A DNA stretch of 64,000 nucleotides from Eledone cirrhosa (Eukaryota). Every line of letters starts with the position of its first letter. Position 1 is the first letter of the stretch. The notes beneath the pieces were generated by a model. It was not told where the DNA came from. It saw nothing but the letters and a program-made list of their open reading frames with translations, and searched no databases. The stretch covers positions 313,782,001 through 313,846,000 of the forward strand of contig OZ024741.1 of the NCBI GenBank assembly GCA_964016885.1, given 5' to 3'. Shown piece after piece: positions 57,028 to 64,000 of the stretch. The translations under genes and the position numbers were made by a program.

Positions 57028-58814
57028 GAATGTATATATATATACACATATGTGTATATGTGGCTGTATATATATATTTGTATGTGTATATATGTATTTA
57101 TGTGTGTATGTGTGTGTGTGTCTGTGTGTATGTGTGTGTGTGCGCGTGTATGAGCGCGTGTGTGTTCGCGTGTGTGCTTGTAATAACACATGTGTGCTTG
57201 TACATTCCACAGATGCTCCATTAACTACTTGATACCTTTTGTTCAAAATTGTTCTATAGGATAGGGTAGTGTATATTTCAATTGTAACTTGCCACTAAAC
57301 TTCTATCTCTAAATAAAATTTGTTTTTTCTAAGGATCCACATCCTTTAATACCACCATGTCCCCCTCCCCCCCCCCCCCATCTCCCCGCCAACCACTACC
57401 TTCCCTTACCATGACAACATGTATAAATACCAGAAATTTACATTGACAGTCGGCCTTCTGATGATTTCCTCCGAATGAAACAGTTCTAGTCCCGTAGAAG
57501 CCATTTCTATATTAAATTACTTTTACTCTGCTATGTATTGGGTACCTTACTTACTGTGTTATCCCCGATTTAACCCGAGATCTACATATATATATATATA
57601 TATACACGCACATATATACACGCACTCACACTATCCACACACCCTCCTACCACCTCTAACCCTCACCCACACATCCACTCCAACCACCTGAGAACTAATA
57701 CCACTAACATCCCCCCGACCCACACACCCGAAAACACACCTTCCCACACATACACACCCACTCCCACTTACACCACCCACACTACACAGCCTACCACAAC
57801 TGACCCCCACTAACACACCCGCATTCAACCCTTTCCCCACCACCAGTATACTAACACCCACTAACACCCCCTTCACCACATACACACTCATCTAAACACG
57901 CCCACACACACCAGTACATTACACTCCCTCCAACGACCCTCACACTTTTGTATCCCTCTCCCTCTCCCCGCTTCACCCACACCCCTTGACACACACACAC
58001 ATCCCACTAAAACCTCTACTAATACACACCCATCCCCCCACATGACCCCCTCCCCACTTCACTTCCACACCTACCCATCCTCTCTCCTGTCCACCGCACC
58101 TCCCCACAATCAGAACACTGACTTTCTCTACCTGCCATTCTCCTCTACTGCTGCTATGCCTTCTCCTGCCTTGACCCTCTGACCACTTCTCCGCACACAC
58201 AGACACACAGTCCTTTCCACCTGTCATTCTCCTCTACCTTCATCCTGACTTCACACTCTGACCACATCCTGTTGCGCGTGCACCCCACATATCCTCACTT
58301 CCGACCACTACAACCAACGGATTACCCCCATCGGCCATCGTTCCAACTATCCACTCCAAAACATAGAAAATACCCGGCACTTTTCACATCCTCTACGGAA
58401 CTACCGCAGGAACTTACCCACGGGCATTTATTCACAATTTCTTTTTGAACCACGCCACCTACAACCACGAAACGTATAAAAACCAACATACACGTGCGTA
58501 CCGCCACATATATACACACTCAGCCTCCAGAATCCTCACACCCCTCCCTCACCCCTCTGACCACTCCCCATCTACACGCATGCACACACCGACCTATATC
58601 CCACCCCACACACACACCTTTTCCTGAACATGGAACCTCGTTCTTCCCCCAACTCTCACATTCACATACACACACACACACGTACACCTACACACATACA
58701 CAAGCACCACCTCTACACGCTCGGACACCCGCTCGGACACCCGCCTCCCTCTCCCACTCCACCCATCACCACCTCTACAAGCCCTACACCCTTCCACCAC
58801 CTGTTTATCTGCAT

Positions 58815-58849
58815 GTTTATTTTTCTTTTTCTTTTTATTTTTATTTTTA

Positions 58850-58880
<31 letters not shown>

Positions 58881-59055
58881 TTTATTTTTATTTTTATTTT
58901 TATTTTTTTATTTTTATTTTTATTTTTATTTTTATTTTCGTTTATTTTTATTTTTATTTTTATTTTTATTTTAATTTTTAATTTTATTTTTATTTATATT
59001 TTTTTTTTTATTTTTATTTTTATTTTTATTTTTATTTTTATTTTTATTTTTATTT
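58815..59055. repeat. (TTTTTA)n hexamer array
   Basis: Seen directly. Confidence 0.95.
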
Positions 59056-59255
59056 CACCGTTTTTCTTCCCTCCCCTTTTTTGTAAATGTCTCTCAACCA
59101 CTCCCCCACTCGCCCTCGGAACTCTCTTCCCACCCACTTTTCACCTGAAGAAGAGCTTATGCCCGAAACATCGTCCCCACCGCCCTCCCTCAAAAGAGTG
59201 AAACTAATAAACCTTTGTTTGTACTGCCTCTCTGTTTTGTATCGGTTCCATTTTT

Positions 59256-59325
<70 letters not shown>

Positions 59326-59328
<3 letters not shown>

Positions 59329-62300
59329 AACGAGTAGGACCACGACGGCTGAGCTCAAGCCGTTTCGACAGCTAATTCTGGACTAGATGAACATTTTTAT
59401 CCTGGTATATCAATAGCCAAAGCTTCTCAGGGGGTAATTACATATATGGTAAAAGTGATTGTCACAAGGATTGGTCAAAAGTTTGTTGTTGAGACACATA
59501 ATTCTATCATGGTAATTTGTGGAAGGATGGGGTAGATGAACATGCCAGTAAAAGAAATAGAGTGAGGGGCTGGAGGAAACCCAGTCGTGCGTTGATAGTA
59601 CCAACTTCAGCAGGGCAGGAGGTCAAGGAAGTATACTAGGGAGGGGGTGGAGGAAGTCGAAACAATAAGTAAAACAATATGGGGTAAATATATAGAAAAA
59701 TACCGAGAATGTTAAAAAAACATTGTCACAAGGATTGGTCAAAAGTATTGAGTACTTTGGTGCGTTATGGTCCACCTGGTTTCTTACCACATTTCCTTCG
59801 TTGTCTAACTCCTATTCCCCTAGTAGAGCACTTTCCGACCCTACCATGCCGCATCCAGACTTTTCCGCTAAGCTCAAGTTATTTCACCCGTACCATGCGC
59901 AAACACAACATCGACTTCTCTACCAAGAACATCTCAGTTCCAGCGAAAAAACTTTACCTTCGGATGCTCACGCAAAAAATCGATCTATTTGCTAAAAGAC
60001 TTAGATGGAGAACTTTTTTCTACGACAGATATTGCGACAATCAGGACTTCAGTACCAAGGAGAGTTTCGGATTTAATACCTACAAATCTCCCCCTCCAAA
60101 CCCTATGCTCTTCGAGAATGACCTTTTCCAACTGGTCAAGAACATTAAATTCAAACCCACACACAACCGATTCCTACAAAAACTCCGTAGCAATTTAACA
60201 GATTATGATAACACCAATGACATCATGGTGCACTCGGATAAAACTGGTAACCTCTACTTCGTCAACCTCGACCGATACCACACACTGATCAGGAGCAGCC
60301 TAAACTTCACCTATAAAAAGGCTAACCACTCATGCATCGAGGACATTAATCGAGATGGTCAACAAATTACCTCCAGCCTAGGGGTGGCCGACCGCACGGA
60401 ACACCTAGACCCACGGACACCCTACTTCATACTGAAGGACCACAAATCCGATTTCGACCGTAATCCTTCTATCAGGCTTATAAACCCAACGAAGTCCGAA
60501 ATAGGGAGAATCAGCAAAAAAATCCTAAACCGCGTTATACCAAAAGTTAAGCAACACGCCAGACTTAGCCTATGGGTCAACACCCAGGAAGTAATCTCAT
60601 GGTTCAGCAATATAGAGGACAAACGAGACACTAAATTCATCCAGTTTGACATAGAGAGTTACTATGCTTCAATTACCTTACCGCTACTTACGGCTGCCTT
60701 GGACTTCGCCGAAACAATTGCGCCCATCACCGACCAGGAAATAAACATCAACGTCCACGCCAGGAAGACAGTCCTACTCTTCGACAACTCCAAATGGATA
60801 AAGAGAGCTCCTGACTCACCCTTCGACGTCAGCATGGGCGGGACGGATTCGGCTGAGGTCACAGATCTTATAGGATTATTCGTACTAGCTAAACTCACCG
60901 ATATGTTTCCTGCATTTGGCGGTGGATTGTACCGTAATGATGGGCTCCTTACCCTTAAAGGGTACAATGCCACTAGTACAGACCCGGTGCGTAAACAATT
61001 AATCAGCTTCTTCCGAGACTGGGGATTTAAAATAACCCTACAACGTCCCTGACCCGAGTAAACTTCCTGGACGTTACCCTTGACCTCGATAATGATCTGT
61101 ACTACCCATACAGGAAACCCAAGGACAACCTGCACTACATCCACCGCCGGTCAAACCATCATAGGAACATCACCAATAACCTGGTTAAAAACATCTCCCT
61201 CTGCATATCTCGTTTGTCAGCTAATGAGCAGATATTCGAGGAACATGCGCCTTATTACAACCAGGCCCTCAAGCGGAGTGGTTTCCGGGAGGAAATATCC
61301 TACTAACCAGCTTCTATTAGCGGAACCGGCAGGCGACACCGCCGCTCACGCAATGTAACATGGTTCAATCCTCCCCACAACGCCGAGGTGACAACTCCTA
61401 TCGGGAAAATCTTCTTTAGGCTCATTGAAAAAACACTTCCCACTACAACACCGTTACCACAACATAATTAACAAAAATACCATCAAACTCTCCTACAGCA
61501 CCACACCAACCTTTGCACAAAACATGGTCTCCTCTAACAACAAAAAAATCAACCCCTATGGAAGAAATAACCTAAATATGCAGTGGAGAGCCGACCAGGA
61601 GGTGAAACTGTCCTGATGGATCCATTTTCCCCCTCGACAACAGATGCAGAGATCGTAATGTGATCTACCAGTGCAACGTGAGGACGGACACCTCCAACAA
61701 GGCTTATATAGGATTAACCGCATGTGACTTCAAGACACGGCTATACCAACACAGACATACCTTCCGAAACCCGGCCCGGCGTCACGCCACCACACTTTCG
61801 GACCACATCTGGGACTTCAATGATAACAATATTACCTATGATCTCACTTGGAGCTTACTGTCCAGAGCCAAATCTTACACGGGAGGACGCCGTCCGTGCA
61901 ATTTATGCTCGGAGGAAACTTTACAAATGCTGTTTTTGACGGACCAACTCCTAAACAAGAAAGATGAACTGGTAACTGCATGCAAACACAGATTGTGTAG
62001 GACTGACCTCGCCCTCAAACCCTATAATGACCCGGGGGTAGACAAGGGCTGTAACACCCCACTTGCCGACTTTGTAATGGGTAACCCCTGCTTACAAAGG
62101 TAGGCATAAGATATTCTTTTATATCTTTTTATCGCTTCCTCTAGATTTCTTTCTTCCACCATCCCTTTTCAGTCCTTCCACCCCAGTCCTCTTTCTTTGT
62201 CGTCGTCCTTTTCACTTTCTCGCTCACTCGAGGCCGCCCCTCGGTCCTTTGTAGCCTCAGTACCCCCACCCCTTCCCTTATTCCATGATAGAATTGGCCG

Positions 62301-63388
62301 ACTCCGCTTTTTATTGCAGATGTGATAGACCCCGGATACTTGCCTTCTCATCCGATGTCTGCCCCTTTTCCGTGCTTTCTACATTTCTTAGTGGTATCTT
62401 TCCTTTAATTTCTCGTATATCAGTATTATCTTTTTTTTTGGGGGGGGGGGGGGGGATTCTGAATTAATTTTCCGTATCAAATTGTTCATATACTCCGTAC
62501 GAGCATTTATGTAGTTTGCACTAAAATTTTTGTATCGTATCGGCACCCATAGAGATAATATTAGTATTCTTTTTCGGGATTCTGAATTATTATTTCGTAA
62601 TAGTTTATTTTTTGCACTGGGTGGTTGCAGACCTTGTGCCTGGGTTGGAAACAGTTATTTCGTATTAGTCTCGAGACTCTGAATTATTATTTCGTGGTAG
62701 TTTCTTTAGTATTTTGCCCCCCCCACACACACACTTGTTGACCCGTCACCGTAAGATATACTCGGTTGATTACTACAACATCTTAAAAGGGTCTCGCTAT
62801 AATTCCGTCTCACCTAGTAAACTTTTCTTTAGTCTAGCAGTACCAGTGAGAAACTTGATATCTGTCCCTAGGGAATAGTAACCAGAATTTTTTTTTTATA
62901 TTTAATTGTCTTTTTTAACATTCTCGGTATTTTTTTATATATTTACCCCATATCGTTTTACTTATTGTTTCGACTTCCTCCACCTCCCCCTCCCTAGTAT
63001 ACCTCCTTGACCTCCTGCCCTGCTGTAGTTGGTACTATCAACGCACAACTGGGTTTCCTCCACCCCCTCACCCTATTTCTTCTACTGGCATGTTCAGCTA
63101 CCCCATCCTCCCACAAATTGCCATGATAGAATTATGTGTCTCAACAACAAAATTTTGACCAATCCTTGTGACCATCACTTTTACCATATATGGAATTACC
63201 CCCTGAGAAGCTTTGGCTATTCATATACCAGGATAAAAATGTTCATTTAGTCCAGAATTAGCCGTCGAAACGGCTTGAGCTCAGCTGTCGGGGTCCTACT
63301 CGTCCCTATTACCCACTCTACTACCCTAAGTATTGAGTACTTTGGTGCGTTATGGTCCACCTGGTTCCTTACCACATTTCCTTCGTTA
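59326..63388 (+). mobile_element. Naiad-like Penelope-like element, near full length, with inverted and direct pseudo-LTR pieces
   Basis: ORF remnants 59895-62103 (FSTKNI, SDKT, KDHK, IQFDI, GGLYRND, WFNPP, YIG, CNLC, ACKH); inverted repeat 59326-59720 / 62912-63306; direct repeat 59743-59802 / 63328-63387. Confidence 0.92.
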
Positions 63389-63435
63389 TATATATATATA
63401 ATAATAATAATTATAATAATAATAATAATAATAAT

Positions 63436-64000
63436 ACCACCCCTCCGCATCCATCATCGCCGCCACCACTCATTCAATGCTACCGACACTATTCCCCTGT
63501 TAACTTGAGAGAGAAAGGGGAAGGTGGCGGTATCACTAGACAAGAGAGAGGCTAGCAAAAGATATAAATAGATTGACTTGGTGACCTTGCCACCGGCCAA
63601 ACGTCTACATCAACGATTATGGAACTGCTGGCTCACCCCTTCCTCACCAACAATATAAAAAGCCCCGGTACCACCACCGACATAGCCAACAACAATAACA
63701 GCCAACTACAACAAAAAGTATATTATATTATTGTAATGCACTGGGTGATTGCTGGCCTTGTGCCTGGAGTGGAGACAATTATTAATAATTTCATTCTTAA
63801 GCCACGCAATGCTCACATTAAGGAACCACTCATGATAATAACAATTTAAAAAAAAACAACAAAAAGAAAAGCCATGACCAAGAAATACCGGGATGGCGGC
63901 CGGCGGGGAATAGCCATGTCTCTAGGGGAGAACGACCCCTCTAGTCTTGGTTGACACTCGTTCTAGAAGTGGTAACACGAAATGATTACCCCTTGGCGGA
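63436..64000 (+). mobile_element. 5' UTR of another R4/Dong-like family B copy, running off the window
   Basis: Reverse-complement match to about 11170-11665; preceded by (TAA)n. Confidence 0.85.

Noticed and set aside
57620-58800. C/A-rich low-complexity region with a possible GIY-YIG tail near 58400
   Set aside because: Similarity is too weak to support by eye

Overview
AT-rich, repeat-saturated animal DNA. The SINE sequence and the transposon mix suggest a mollusc or cephalopod (inference). No intact host gene is visible. Contents: a decayed RTE LINE (1-2160); an 18.6-kb head-to-tail train of about 10 R4/Dong-like RT plus restriction-like-endonuclease retrotransposons of two families in (TAA)n arrays (2.3-20.9 kb), with another copy starting at the window end; four Naiad-like and two other Penelope-like elements (PLEs) with direct or inverted pseudo-LTRs and several hammerhead ribozyme motifs; one decayed autonomous and two non-autonomous Helitrons; an RTE-derived short element tied to a 4.1-kb mirror-composition TA tract inside a 52-bp direct repeat; and five tandem, mostly dead EGF-like exons. 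Best leads: in-frame TGA codons at conserved cysteines of two Naiad-like PLEs with a SECIS-like hairpin (possible selenoprotein retroelements), a 5'-terminal block shared by two divergent R4-like families, covarying minimal hammerheads, and the giant TA tract. All RNA folds and alignments were done by eye, and boundaries are approximate.
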